Positions 50,223 through 63,103 are shown, counted from the whole stretch's first letter. The stretch: DNA of 63,388 bases, filler included, from Reticulomyxa filosa (GCA_000512085.1; 16 parts of 16 records of this genome joined end to end with filler, not necessarily neighbours in it); one strand, 5' to 3'. Notes: generated by a model from the letters alone, not told the origin. Numbers and translations are program-made.

Positions 50223-51668
50223 ATGTCTTCAAAACTCACTGTTACAATTGGATCGAGGCAATATCAACTTGACCTGTCTTCCTTGACATTCGAGACTTTA
50301 AAGCAACAAATCGTCGAACTAAGCAAAGAAGACAAGCAAGGAAGCATATTAGTTAAAATAACTGACGCTGATGGCTGTGACATTGGAACAGACGAGAGTC
50401 TGCAAATTGCCGTTACAAGTGGTCAGCTATGTTTTAATGCATATTTTGAGCCGAATGCGTATGTTTTATCCGATATTAATTTCAGTCAAAAAAGTGATAG
50501 CGATATGAAAGACGATCAGTTGCGAATACAAAGTGAAGCCTTAAGTTTCAAGGAGCATTGTAATCAGAGCTGGAGAAAAGCAAATGCAGAAGCATCGAAG
50601 ATAGTCCAGCAAATGATAGATAGAAATGAGCAAGGATTAGTAATTGTGGCTACAAACACATCAAACTGGCAAAAAAAAGCAGATCCAAATTCAATCAAGA
50701 CCAGCAGTAATCTTTCTTCTTTTATTGAATTGGTGAACAATAACAACAACAAAACAAATACAAAACGGTTTGCAGAATATTATATGTATTTAATTAAGAG
50801 TGAATTGATAATTTTGGAAGAAATAACTATTGATGGAAATGTATATGCAATTAATTGTGAAATGCAATGCAAAGGAAATGTGATTATTACATCGCAGTTA
50901 TTTGTAACAAAGGACTCCGTAATTGATCGACAATCAAAGCAAACCATTGTATCGATTCAATGGAATACCAAAATAAATCATGACATCACAGTACAGCTTC
51001 AAGATCTTGAATACAAAAAAGTGGAGTTCACAGAACAAAGACGCTGGAATGACTCCATTGTTTATTCGCAAAAGCATTTGCAACTGTCAACAAGCACTTT
51101 TGGTTTTGATCATCCTTATGTTGCCATTTCGTATAATCTGATCAGCAATGGTTATTACAACAAAAGGAATTACCAAAAATCAATTGAATTATTGACAAAA
51201 TCATTGAACATAGGTTCAAATGCTTTGGGAGTTAATTGCAGATTTGTTGCTATGTTGAATTACAATTTCGGCAATACATACACTCAGCAAGGTCTTTGTG
51301 ACATTGCAATTGGATACTATCAAAAGGCATTGGAGATCCAATCAAATATCCCTGGAATTTATTATGACGATATTTCTGGTTCCTATAATAACTTAGGAAA
51401 TGTATATCATAAAAAGCAGGATTGGGATAAAGCAATCAAATGTCTTCAACAAGCATTAAGCATAAGGAGGGAACATACTGTCGAAAAAGTGAGCAAAGAT
51501 ATTGGAGATTGCTGTTGTAATTTAGGATTCGTACTCAGACAAAAAGGAGAAAAGCACACAGCAAGCAAATACTACCAAGAGGCATGGCACATATTCAACA
51601 TAATATTAGGAGAGTGGAATTCTGAAACGATTCGTGTAAAAATGAAAATAAAACAATTGAGTGAATGA
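50223..51668 (+). CDS. PB1-like domain + TPR repeat protein
   Basis: 481-aa ORF. N-terminal KLTVTI..TFETLKQQI..ITDADGCDIGTDESL is PB1/OPCA-like. C-terminal 42-aa TPRs (HPYVAISYNLI, NYNFGNTY..AIGYYQKALEI, SYNNLGNVY..WDKAIKCLQQALSI). Confidence 0.85.
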   Translation: MSSKLTVTIGSRQYQLDLSSLTFETLKQQIVELSKEDKQGSILVKITDADGCDIGTDESLQIAVTSGQLCFNAYFEPNAYVLSDINFSQKSDSDMKDDQLRIQSEALSFKEHCNQSWRKANAEASKIVQQMIDRNEQGLVIVATNTSNWQKKADPNSIKTSSNLSSFIELVNNNNNKTNTKRFAEYYMYLIKSELIILEEITIDGNVYAINCEMQCKGNVIITSQLFVTKDSVIDRQSKQTIVSIQWNTKINHDITVQLQDLEYKKVEFTEQRRWNDSIVYSQKHLQLSTSTFGFDHPYVAISYNLISNGYYNKRNYQKSIELLTKSLNIGSNALGVNCRFVAMLNYNFGNTYTQQGLCDIAIGYYQKALEIQSNIPGIYYDDISGSYNNLGNVYHKKQDWDKAIKCLQQALSIRREHTVEKVSKDIGDCCCNLGFVLRQKGEKHTASKYYQEAWHIFNIILGEWNSETIRVKMKIKQLSE

Positions 51669-53213
51669 GTTTTATCCCAAAAAAATTTTGCTGTTGTTTT
51701 TACACAGTTTGGTGTGTGTGTGTGACTATAATCGGAGGATTCACTCTCAAATATTAGACATCAAATGCAAACTTGTGCGCTTGGCTTTTTTCCCAGTTTC
51801 GCTGTTGTTCTCAGTAAATAACAATACACCTTTGAATATATGTTCTGTTCATCACCAGAGTAGAATAATTTACATTATGATTCCAGTGGATTTATCAGAT
51901 ATTGTCCATCTGATTATATCATTTGCCTTGCTCTGTTGCTAAAATTACAACATTTAGTGTTTGTGAAATAATATATTCTGGAATTATTTTATCTTTCATT
52001 CATTGTTATGAAAGTTTTGGAAATAATAAGCTTTCTCTGAGATTTTGTCACAATAATTCCCAAAAACATAAAAGAAAGAGAACAGTAATGCTAGCTGAAG
52101 AAAAAAACTCGTGCAAAGGGGAATATACAGTTCAAAGGCCCTTATTTGGTGTCAATTTATCTTTTTTGTTTTTAAAAAATTACAACAAGATGCAACAAGA
52201 TGAAGCAACACAAATAGAAATACTCAAATAGTAAGCTTATACAATAAACATCACAAATTTTAATAAACACTATTAAGTAAATAAACTAGTGCAAGTGCTA
52301 TTTAAAAAACTTTGAAATATTCAATCCACTGTATTTATTTGTGGCTTTAGAAATAATTTCTAAAAAAGTCTACAAATGAGATCATTATTTTTGGAAAAAT
52401 CTATGTTTTTGATGAATGGAAAATTAAATGAAGAATGCCTTTTTTTTATGCAAAGCAGAAGAATTTCTATTCAAACTTACAAAAATCAATATCATTAGTG
52501 TTTGTTCTTTTTTCAGAGAATTAGAAAATTCTCACACTGAACTATTTCAAGACCTAAAACTCATCAACTTTTAAATGAATTATACAAAGATCAATTTGCA
52601 TAATTTTGTTTTAGAATAATAGCTGTAAACGTGTTCAATTTTTCAAAAAAAATATGTTTGATTCAAAAGAAGAGACTCTTTCATTTTTTTTCTGAAAATA
52701 TTACATCATCTTCGCGCAAAGGTCTTTTGAATTTTCAATTTGCAATAGGCCCTAAAAAAGGGACACTATCTCTTGTTTGTTGTTGATTTTTGAAATTATG
52801 CTATATCTCATTTGTCTATTTTTGACACTTATTTGAGTATTGAACTATTTGAAAAATCGAATAAAATCAAGTTGTATTTACTTTTTCTTCCAAGTCTTTC
52901 AAATATTTCAAATCAAAAACAGAAGGACAAACAAATTTCACTCCATTTTAGAAAATTATCTGCAAGTGATCTCTGTTTTTTACTCCAATTTTATTATTCA
53001 ATTATTTCAAAGTAATTCATGAAAACAACCATTTGTGTAATTTATGGAATTTATGCTTACGCAGTTTTAATGAAAAAGAATCACGTGTATTCTTAAAATC
53101 CGTTTTTCATGTCGACAACAATATTTTTGAAAACCTCTTTCATTACCTTCGAGGAAAAAAGTTCAATATCTTCCATTTTACATTATTAATAACGATCTTA
53201 AAAAAAAATAAAA

Positions 53214-54012
53214 TGATAACTCTTGGCAATAAGAAGCGAACTTCAACACAACTAGCGTTGGTAAGTTTTATTACAAGCTTTCAGAAAATCTGTTGCTTTT
53301 TTAACGTTTTCTTATCGTATGTAAATTGTGATTCAAACAGTCTGAAGAAGAAAGGATTCAAGTAATCATACAACACTGGATTCGAACGTTGAAAATCAAA
53401 TTAGGATGGATTAATGAGTTTGACAAAATTGTTGTCAATTATGTTAGTTCATTTGTTCTTTCTTTTTTTTAATACCAATCAAAATATTCAAATGCTTATT
53501 TAACATAGATATATACTATCTTCATGTTTGAGACATTTCGATCGTCATCCAAATTAATCAAGACACTCACTGGACATGCAAGCGCTGTGTTTAGCATTGA
53601 TTGTTCAACATTTGATGATTGTCAATTCATTTGTTCTGGATCACGTGATAAAACAGTTCGTGTATGGGATGTTGATAATAACAAACAAATTCAATCATTC
53701 AATGGACATTCAGATCTTGTCCATTGTGTGAAATTTTCGTCATATCATTGTCATAACTATCGTCAAAATGTCATTTGTTCTTCATCACATGACAAAACCA
53801 TTCGTTTTTGGGATTTCAAACATAATAAACAAATACAAATATTCAATGGACACAATGACGGTGTTAGTTGTATTGAATTTTCACCATTTAATGGTGGTAG
53901 ATATTTGTGTTCTGGATCTTATGACGAAACAATTCGTTTATGGGATGTTGAAACATCAAAATCATTACATTTTCAATGGATTTGAAAATTCTGTTTGGTG
54001 TGTTGATATTTC
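53214..54012 (+). CDS. WD40 repeat protein (expanded family), frameshifted near 53970 and truncated by spacer
   Basis: Small exon MITLGNKKRTSTQLAL, exon IQVIIQHWIRTLKIKLGWINEFDKIVVNY, then GH..CSGSRDKTVRVWD / CSSSHDKTIRFWD / CSGSYDETIRLWD repeats. Confidence 0.8.
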
Positions 54013-54206
54013 NNNNNNNNNNNNNNNNNNNNNNNNNNNNNNNNNNNNNNNNNNNNTTAATTAATTAANNNNNNNNNNNNNNNNNNNNNNNNNNNNNNNN
54101 NNNNNNNNNNNNAAAAAAAAAATATATAAGAAGTAGTGAACATGAAAATAGTATTATAAAAAAAAACGAAATAAACAACAACAAAAAATCACTTCGTTAC
54201 ATTGCT

Positions 54207-55237
54207 TCACACATCTTCTTTCAAAAACAGATCAAATTCTTCATTATCTCTTTCCAATCCTGGATGGGGATTATGCCAGACGGCGTGGATAAAGGTGACT
54301 ACCTCACACAAACACATAAGACAATGAAATGGAAGACATTTGATGATACAAAACAAACGAAAAAGCTCGAATCAAACTGAGTGAAGTGATAGCAATAGAG
54401 ATCATGATAAGCTGATGAAATCCCAATAAAAGCATGAACCCAATTGTAACAACGACAAGGGCACCAAACTTGTGATTCCCGCTTAACTCCAATTTCCAAA
54501 TTTTCAAAGACTCTTTGGAAGTTGCCCAAGACCATATACAGCCAATGACAACCATTCCAAAGAATAGTATTGGGTCCGTCAATCTGATATCCAAAAAAAA
54601 CACTTTTTAAAAAAAGAATCAAAACAAGAAATTGTCCTACTTAACACTGTGAATGAAATCAATATCAATGCAACGATCACATCTTTTGTATTGTTTAAAC
54701 AGCATCCATACAAAAAAAATAGGATTTACCTTTTTTCAATGAACCTGACAAAACTCTTCTCTTTTATATTTATCACATACACATTCATATACATATATAT
54801 ATGTGTATATATTTAACAATTTGTAAAGAAATAACGAATGTTCGATTCCAATCGAACCCAAATCTCACCATTAAAAGCAGGGCGTGAAAAATTGGAAGGA
54901 CCAAGAAATTCGTCCATTGGTCTTATTATTATTAGTATTGTTATTAGGGCTATTATTATTACTTCTATTTTTCAAGTGAGAGCTTATAATACAAAAGTCC
55001 AATTGAAATCTCTTAAAAATGCAATAAAAGTGTTTACCGAATGGTGCTTTTCCATGATTGGTTTGAGATCGTATTGAACATACTTCGAACACTGTTGCCT
55101 ATTGAACGATTGTTCCCAATACCGTTCATTGTTGTGTTTTGTACTGATTTGGTATTTGTGCTGATCTCATCTTGCTTGCTTGGGTCACTCTGTTCTATTG
55201 ATTGTAACCGTTGCGCACCAAGCTTAGTTTTTTTCAC
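54207..55237 (-). CDS. PRA1 (prenylated Rab acceptor 1) family protein, multi-exon
   Basis: Spliced reading STIR-PMDEFLGPSNFSRPAFNGEIWVRLESNIRYFFTN(Y), two hydrophobic hairpins, and terminal TFIHAVWHNP..EDV*. Confidence 0.85.
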
Positions 55238-55754
55238 ATTTTTTTGTATTTTAGTGCGAATTAATGAAATAAACCTGTCATTTCGAAATATTTTTCAATT
55301 AATTTGTAGTTTCAAATCTTGGCAAATGATTTTTTTTCCGCAAAATTCAGTCTCGAAATTTCCCTTTTTTTTATGAGTTGTTTAAACAAAGAGGTTGATG
55401 ATGATTAGCTTGAAGTATTCTTGGTGAAACATTTCACATTTTACTAACTCAGCGTAATATGGCATGGAATATTTCAATTTAGGCACCGTGTGAAAATTTG
55501 AGGCAGGAATAAACAATAACACCAAACAAAAGAGTTCACAACGTATTCCTTTTTTTGAGCGTAATAACCCGTCGAGCTGAGGAATTTTTTCTATCACCTT
55601 CCAATTGATTTTTGTATGTATTTTGTTTATTGTTCTGTTTCATATTTGAAGGTGTGAATGTGTGTGTGAGTTGTATAAGTGATTCACTCTTTGTACTGCA
55701 CAATATCAAAAAAAAAAAAAGAATACACTCGGAAAAGCGATAATCGAAAAAGCA

Positions 55755-56791
55755 ATGACTACAAATCAAGCGAAAATATCGACGTCTGGAACAGGAAACA
55801 CAAATAAGCCAATGGCAGTTGTCCAGCAAGGAGGGACGGTGAGCCAACTCGGCAATCGAACAGGAGTGTTGCAGTCAAGTGGTAAGTTACAAAAAAAAAA
55901 GGTCAAACGAAAAACACAGTACACAAACACGTCGAAATGTACCAAGCAAAGGAGTTGCGACAAACAGGTGGTTTGGATGCAATCAATCGAGTTCCATTGA
56001 GTCAAATTCAACAACTCCAAACAACAACAGAACCCACTCAAGCACCGAAACAAGTGACATCACAAGCAAAAAATGAAGTTTTGTTTTTTTTTTTTTTTTG
56101 GGTGAGCATTAGAAAAAGAGGAGAGGGAAAAAAAAAAGGGGTGGATGTAATGATAATACTAATAAATATGTATATATATATTTATTAGTATTATTATTAT
56201 TTTTTTTTTTGAAGATGTCAATCCATTGCATTGGCTTTGTTTTTTTTTTGTTAACGGGGGGGGGGGGGGGGAAAAAAAAAAAGAATGAAGAACGCCAACA
56301 AGTGTTGCAAGAATCGACAACGAATTTGATAATCAATTACATCCCACCAAACATGAACGAGGGAGCACTGGGTTCGTTATTTTCTCCTTATGGTACCATG
56401 CAAAATATCAAGATTGTCGTCGACCCACATTCAGGTTGATTGGTTGTTTTATTAGTTTGTGTGTTGGAATATGTCATAAAAATAAAACAAAACAATAAAT
56501 AAATAAACAAACAAGGACGCAGCCGTGGTTATGGATTTGTAAAATACGAGTCTGCAGAAAGTGCAAGTCGTGCACAAAAAGCATTAAATGGTATATAACA
56601 CAATTGATTTTTTTTTTTTTTTTTTTTTGTTTGGTATTTTTTAACCAACAAACCTTCATACGTGTTAATTGAGTCTGTTTGTTATGTATGTGTATACGTA
56701 TATGTATATGTGTCTTTTTTTTTTTAAAAAAAAAAAAAGGGTACATAGTCAATGGAAAGAAGTTAAAAGTTGCATATTCGCGTCCTCAAAG
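55755..56791 (+). CDS. ELAV/Hu/Sxl-like RRM RNA-binding protein, 3'-truncated
   Basis: STTNLIINYIPPNMNEGALGSLFSPYG..IKIVVDPHSG-RSRGYGFVKY..ASRAQKALNG-YIVNGKKLKVAYSRP across three in-phase exons. Confidence 0.88.
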
Positions 56792-57156
56792 NNNNNNNNN
56801 NNNNNNNNNNNNNNNNNNNNNNNNNNNNNNNNNNNTTAATTAATTAANNNNNNNNNNNNNNNNNNNNNNNNNNNNNNNNNNNNNNNNNNNNTCTTTCTTT
56901 TTATTTTCAATTGTAAAAAATTGATATGTTATTCCTTAGTCCTATCAACAATTTCATTATCCTTTGTTTACAAATGGTGAATATTCAACGGCATTCACCC
57001 AGTTTTTATACCCATTAAACACTTTAAAAAAAGAACTTTTCTTGATACAAAATAACGTGCAATAACTGAATTATTGATTATTAGAAGTGATATCAATTCA
57101 GATTGCTTTTTCTGCAATAGCTTTGAGCAGGTAGCTGGTAAAATTTACAACTGGAA

Positions 57157-60100
57157 ATGTCAAAACCACTTCCAAAGACAAAGCCAAAACCGGGAGCTTT
57201 GCACAATTCAAATACAAAAAAAAGTGACTCCACATCACAGCAAAATCAGTCAAAACAATCGGCTCAGCCTCGTAACAAGGTACGATATAGTTTATGCAGA
57301 GTCTTCAAGAGCAGAGAGAATTCAAAAAAATAAAAACCACTCCATTTTTTTTTTTTTCCCTCCTACCCCAACATATTTGGTTGCACATGTATAGGTGCTG
57401 TACAAAGATTTAAAGCACGCAATTAGTACCCCAGACGAACGTAAGAAATTGCCGGAATTTCTGAAAAGTGCAGAGCAATCTGTAATTTTGCAATGCCAAG
57501 AGGAAGACAAGCGTACAGTGCTATTCCACGCAATCAATTCAAAAGCACCCGAGTGTGTGCTTTATGTTTGCGCGGAAATCCAAAACCGAGCCAAAGGGAT
57601 GGAAGCAGATGAAAAAGAGAGCCTCTCAGTTTCGAAGAGTGAGAAGAAGAAAGTGGAAGACTGTTTGAATTTTGGAATGCAAGCTTTGGAGTCCAAAAAT
57701 GTCGCTTTCACACCACTTATGAAAGTATTGCAGTATTTGCGAAAAAAGGATGAACCCAAGGAGCCGTTTTATCAAATGGCCTTGATTTTGATGTCTGCAG
57801 GGGTTAACGTTAATGTGATGTCATTGGTGGAGTCTAATAATGATTCAAAGAAATTTTTGCAGCCCAGTCTGCCTTTGTCTGTTGCTTTTCAGTTAAAAAA
57901 AAAAAGAGCCACATTGCACACACACACACACTATACTTTTTTTCTTACTCATTCAAAATTTTTTTAATAAGCATACGTTTTGTTAATATGTGCACGTGGA
58001 ATAACATAAATAAAGCTTGTACATGCCAGATTTATTCCTTGCGCTGATGTTCAATAGCGTCAGCAAAGCAAAAACAAAAGCAAGTGATGAGGAAGCAAAA
58101 AAAAAGTTGGAGTCAGGAGTAATAGCAAGTTTAATGCATCTTTGGGAAAAGGATGAGATCTCCCCTTCTGAAATGGTGTTGCGAGATGAGGCATTAGATA
58201 TCCTTGCACAAGGATTGTTGCATTACCATGAAGAAGTGAGACCAGAAATCATGAGTTCATCAATGCAAGAGTGGTGTAGTAGTTTAGGCCATAATGGAAA
58301 CTTTTGGCCACGTCCTTTCAGAACGGTACAACAGAGCCAAGAGACGGAGAGAAAAGAGGGGTTAAAATTAAGCCTGACATACAAAAGTGATGAAAACAAA
58401 TGCCACGATGGACAAAAGAGATGGATTCGCAATGTATCGAAAATGTATGGATGGAGCCAGTTGTCAATGTGCGGCATTGACTCTAAAGTTTTGCATTCGT
58501 TGGCTAAACATTTCGAAGATCATGGGAGCATCGCCGACTTGACACTCTGTCACACAAAGTGCGATGACCTTTGTGTCACCGCATTATGTGAGGGTTTGTC
58601 CAAAGCCAGAATGCCTAGCGATACGTCCCAATGTTTGAATTTGAAAAGATTGGCATTGATCGATGTCGGATTGAGTGATAATGCGGTTCAGTGTTTATTT
58701 GATACATTCATGAAACAGTCCAAATTGCAATTGGAGTTTTTATCTCTCAATCGAAATCCATTCACTATTTCTGCCATTAGCTGTATTTCTTATGCCCTGC
58801 AAGATCAAGATATGAGGCTCGGACACCTTTTGAAGCACTTTGAATTCAAATGCAAACAATTCGATTTCGGATGTGGAGATTTCGCCGTGCAGCTCTTTTT
58901 CCAGCTCATGGCCGCACGTTGTCATTTCAAAGTCGACTTGTTTGATTCATTGTCAAATACTTTGGACTTGGTGGAAGAAAAAAAAATTGAAGAAAGATCT
59001 ATTCAAGGTTTTTTTTTTTTAAAGTATAAATTATATAACTTTATACAATTGGTGACTCCTTTTTTTTTTCCTTCCTCCACAGAGGCGTTGACGTATACAC
59101 AAGTGATGACCTGTCACTCCAGATTCGTCCAATATTTCGATGGAAAAGAGTATTTGAATGGCCAATGGGTGGACATTTTATCTAGCATCTTTGCGCCCTT
59201 GGCCTCTGTGCAAGCACCGACTCCATCTCTCGTTGCAACCAAATCGACCACGAATTTACGAAAAGCAGCTGAAACGCCACGACCCCGTGCGGCGCTTGCG
59301 AACAAGTCATTGCCAAGCAAGACTCTCCAAAAGCGACTGAGTGTGACCACCATTTCCAGCAGCAAGCCTGCAAGACAACCTGTGCTGCAAAGAAGCAAGT
59401 CCTTGTCCACACTCTATTCTCCTGCAAAAACTCCATCCAAAACTCTGTTGAACATGCCGTCGGAAGAAGCTAAGCATTCGAGTGAGCCAATACAATTGGA
59501 ATTCAAAAAGCTGATCAGCCCTTATGACACTGAGTGTAACCCAATACGAACCAATGAAGTGGTGCCTCGAAGCTTAGTACCTGATTTGAAGTCGTGGACA
59601 ATGGCAATCACTCATATCAAAAATTGTTGTCAAAAATTGTCTGCGGATAAAATATATAAGTTATACATATACACATATACATATATATATATGTATATTG
59701 TATGCATATAAACGTCTTTTGTTTATGTGAATGCTGTTGTAAGTCAAATGCTGGAAAAGTGCAGGGACATGCAAGACTACTGGCAGCTGCCACTGATCAA
59801 AGTTGTGGAGGCAACTCGAGATCAGAGTCGTATAATATACTTTACATTCCCACTCATTGAGAAAATTGCCAGTCGTCAGAGCAAGGACAAAGTGGACGAA
59901 AAAAAATCAGAAAAGCCCCAAAATAAGAGCCATCAGGATTCCCATGAGGATAAAAAAGTCGTTGTGACTAAAGATTTTCTGATTTTTGACAACAAGAAAA
60001 AGTACTTGTATGTGCACATTTTTACACCTGGCTTTGTAGTGTTGAACTTGAGCAATTTTGACAAGTTTCCAAAGTGCAACGGTGTCTTAATTCAATGCTC

Positions 60101-61017
60101 CAAAAACACAATCGTGCAATTGCATGGGTCTTTGCAAGTCGGTGACATATTTGCCCTTTTTGCGAGGGCAATAGTAGTGTCGCGCGACTGTGACGTCAAA
60201 AGTGCAAGGTTTTGGTTGCGTGCAGAAAGTTTGGAGTTGAAACGAGACATGTACGTACAAAGTATTTCCACATGGATCGAATTTGAAAAATGGTTTGCTC
60301 TTCAGGGAGCGACGATGAAGCAATTTGGAAACTGTTTTATCACAACATTGAAACGTGGAGACCAAACATTGCAATCCATCCATGAACATGGCGCACCACC
60401 GACCTTCCACAACAATAGAGGCAGAATCATTACTGATGGCTACTTATACGTAGAGTGTGATACCATGGAGCAACAAGGGGAGATTGAAATTGGTGTAATT
60501 GCACATATTCACGTCGAAAAATATAAAGAAGAAACTGACGGAAATACCGTTTGTCATGGAGTGTTTTATTTGAATGCATCACAAGCAGATTGCAATGGGA
60601 AAATCACAAGTGATTTATCCATTATCAATATTGTCGATAATCTTAGCTGCAATGGTACAATCCAAAGCTATCGCTGGCTTTCCATTGTTTGCAAAAATAA
60701 ACTTGTTTCGAACACAAGAACTCATTTCCTTTTAGGAACAGAGAAAGTTGACACCAACTCCAAATCTTCACTTCAAGAGTTGCAAAAACAGAAATTGTGG
60801 AAAAATGGAGTCCCATTGCACAATCACTTTGATGTCCCTCAAATGCTCCTCGATTGTCCCCTCGTGGAATTTGACGGTGGAATTATTCAAACTTTTCATA
60901 AAAACAGCTACTTGTCCTTGCACATTGCCAATCAATGTGATTTGCAGAATGAAACACAAATCCTTTGTGCAGGTTTTTTTTTTTTTTTTTGCAAAAAAAA
61001 AAAAAAAAAAAAAAAAA
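57157..61017 (+). CDS. Large multi-exon protein: ankyrin repeats, RI-like LRRs, disordered linker and ~20-aa beta-solenoid repeats; 3'-truncated
   Basis: Exon 1 is 57157-57279 and exon 2 starts at 57395. Ankyrin-like DKRTVLFHAINSKAPECV and FTPLM..ALILMSAGVNVN; LRRs LKRLALIDVGLSDNAVQCL and LEFLSLNRNPFTISAISCISYAL; repeats such as FHNNRGRIITDGYLYVECDT. Confidence 0.75.
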
Positions 61018-61117
61018 NNNNNNNNNNNNNNNNNNNNNNNNNNNNNNNNNNNNNNNNNNNNTTAATTAATTAANNNNNNNNNNNNNNNNNNNNNNNNNNN
61101 NNNNNNNNNNNNNNNNN

Positions 61118-61159
<42 letters not shown>

Positions 61160-61169
61160 GTCACCCGAA

Positions 61170-61452
61170 CTTGAGAATTTTCTTCCGCTTTTTTGTCTTC
61201 TGATTCAATGTGCTCTTCTTCTTCTTCTTTTTTTGTTCCTTTCACATCCTCTTGCTCCGCTTTTACTATTGTCGTTTGGTTACTCTCGGTGTCCACTATC
61301 ATACACACATTCTTTTTTTTTTTTTACAGGACCGATAAAAAATTTTCTCTCCCCCCCCCCTCCCGTAGTGTACCAAGTGACGGCTTCGGTTCCGTGTTTC
61401 GAGACTGTCTCAGGGACGGCTGCTCAGATTGAACAGTACAACAATTGCCCAT
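61170..61452 (-). CDS. N-terminus of a putative dually acylated protein; exons 61452-61374 and 61295-~61170
   Basis: MGNCCTVQSEQPSLRQSRNTEPKPSL-VDTESNQTTIVKAEQEDVK; the phase-1 GT-AG intron joins the exons in frame. Cut by spacer. Confidence 0.65.
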
Positions 61453-63103
61453 TATCTTGATTTCGTTGATATATCGCCTTCAGTTTGCTTGGAAACAATA
61501 CCACGAATTGGCAAAACACGATAAAATTAAACGAGTTTTTTTTTGTTTGCTGTGCCTGTTGAAACTTGGTGTTTTCTTTACTACCCACAATACATTGTAA
61601 GTAGACAAAGAGCTTGAACATAATCATTAAAAAATACTTCTTCATTTAAATTTATTGCAAAGTGTTACATGCTGCTTTATCGAAAACAGTTTCATACGAG
61701 AAAAATTTAGAGTCAGTTTGATATATTTGTCACCTAAAAATAAAATCATTTTTTCAATTTCTCCAGCAAATTGACGCATTTTCTTTGACAGTTGATAAAA
61801 TAATCGACATTACAAATCATTTTAAACTATATATTATAATGAAACTTTAAAAAAATATTTTTATAAAAATTTATGTTTCAATTTCTAATTAAAGCTAGAG
61901 ATATACATAAATAAAAAAAAATTTACAAGTATCATTGCTTAGAAATATACCAATAATAGGCAACAAAATAAAAAAGGGCCCTAAAACGAGAATTTGAGTT
62001 TGAAAGTAAAAAACGAAAGTTTTAGTTTAAAAAAATTTAATGTTTAGAGTCTCCTGTCTCAATATCGTAAAGTCTCGTACTAGAACGAAAGTGACAAGTA
62101 CTTCTAACTTAAAAAAAAAAACACAGCACCACTACTTTTAGTGTAAACATAATTTTTTACAGAATACATGATGACAAACAAATAATGACATATAGAAAAT
62201 GTCATATGTTGGAAGAAATGTATATCAGATTGTTACTTAAATAATACAAAGTAATTAAATGATTATTTGCTTATATAATTTTAGAATATAGCTCATACTG
62301 TGTAATTTCAATACATACAAACAGCAATATATTTTGTTAATTCCCAATAGTGTCACTGATTTTTTATAAGATTTATTAAATATCTTTTAGTGATCGTAAT
62401 TGTTCGTACTTTTTTGGAGTATTGATTTCTGGGACAAAGCGATCACTAACTGAAAAAGATCTATAATAATACATATAAAAAAATTAATCGATAAGGTTCA
62501 AGTGAAATGAAAGTTACAAGCTCGCAAAAAAAATAAATAAATAAATAAAAGAATTAAATAAGCGAAGTTTAAAAAATTGGTGCATAATTGAAGAAATCTT
62601 AGCAAAAAAGTTTTAAATTTGCAATTATAACTTTGTCACTTAGCAGATCGCAATGACAATATGTGATGCCACAAATCTAAATTTGCAATTTGATATCACA
62701 ATTGATGCAAAATATCTTCAAGAACGTAAATCAAACAAACGGTAAAATTTGAAAATATTGCTTATTTAGTGAATTTATTTCAAAAAGCATAATATTTCGA
62801 AACAATTGCAGTGTAATATATATTTGACGATACCACAAATAATATACTAGCACCGGAATCAACAGTTTTAAGCATTATGAAACAACACTAAAAGGTTGAA
62901 AAGAAGTAGAACTGGTTTTAGGTGAATGCAAGACAGGAAATTTCCTGGTCTTTCTGACACAGTGATCCAAAAAAAAAAAAAAATTATTTGGCAGTGCCAA
63001 TATGATTCAATATAAAGTTTCTTTTATGTCAGACATTAGAAATAATGGTAAACAAAAATTATCCTAATGAGCTTATTACTATACAAAGTAAAATGAGACA
63101 CAC

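Noticed and set aside
53955-54012. Frameshift in the WD40 gene as programmed recoding
   Set aside because: A small deletion near a contig end in a family with many decayed copies; pseudogenisation or assembly error is simpler.
8709-61117. Fifteen recurring TTAATTAATTAA palindromes, as a repeat array or recombination site
   Set aside because: Always centred in exactly 44+44 Ns; a synthetic six-frame-stop linker, not biology.
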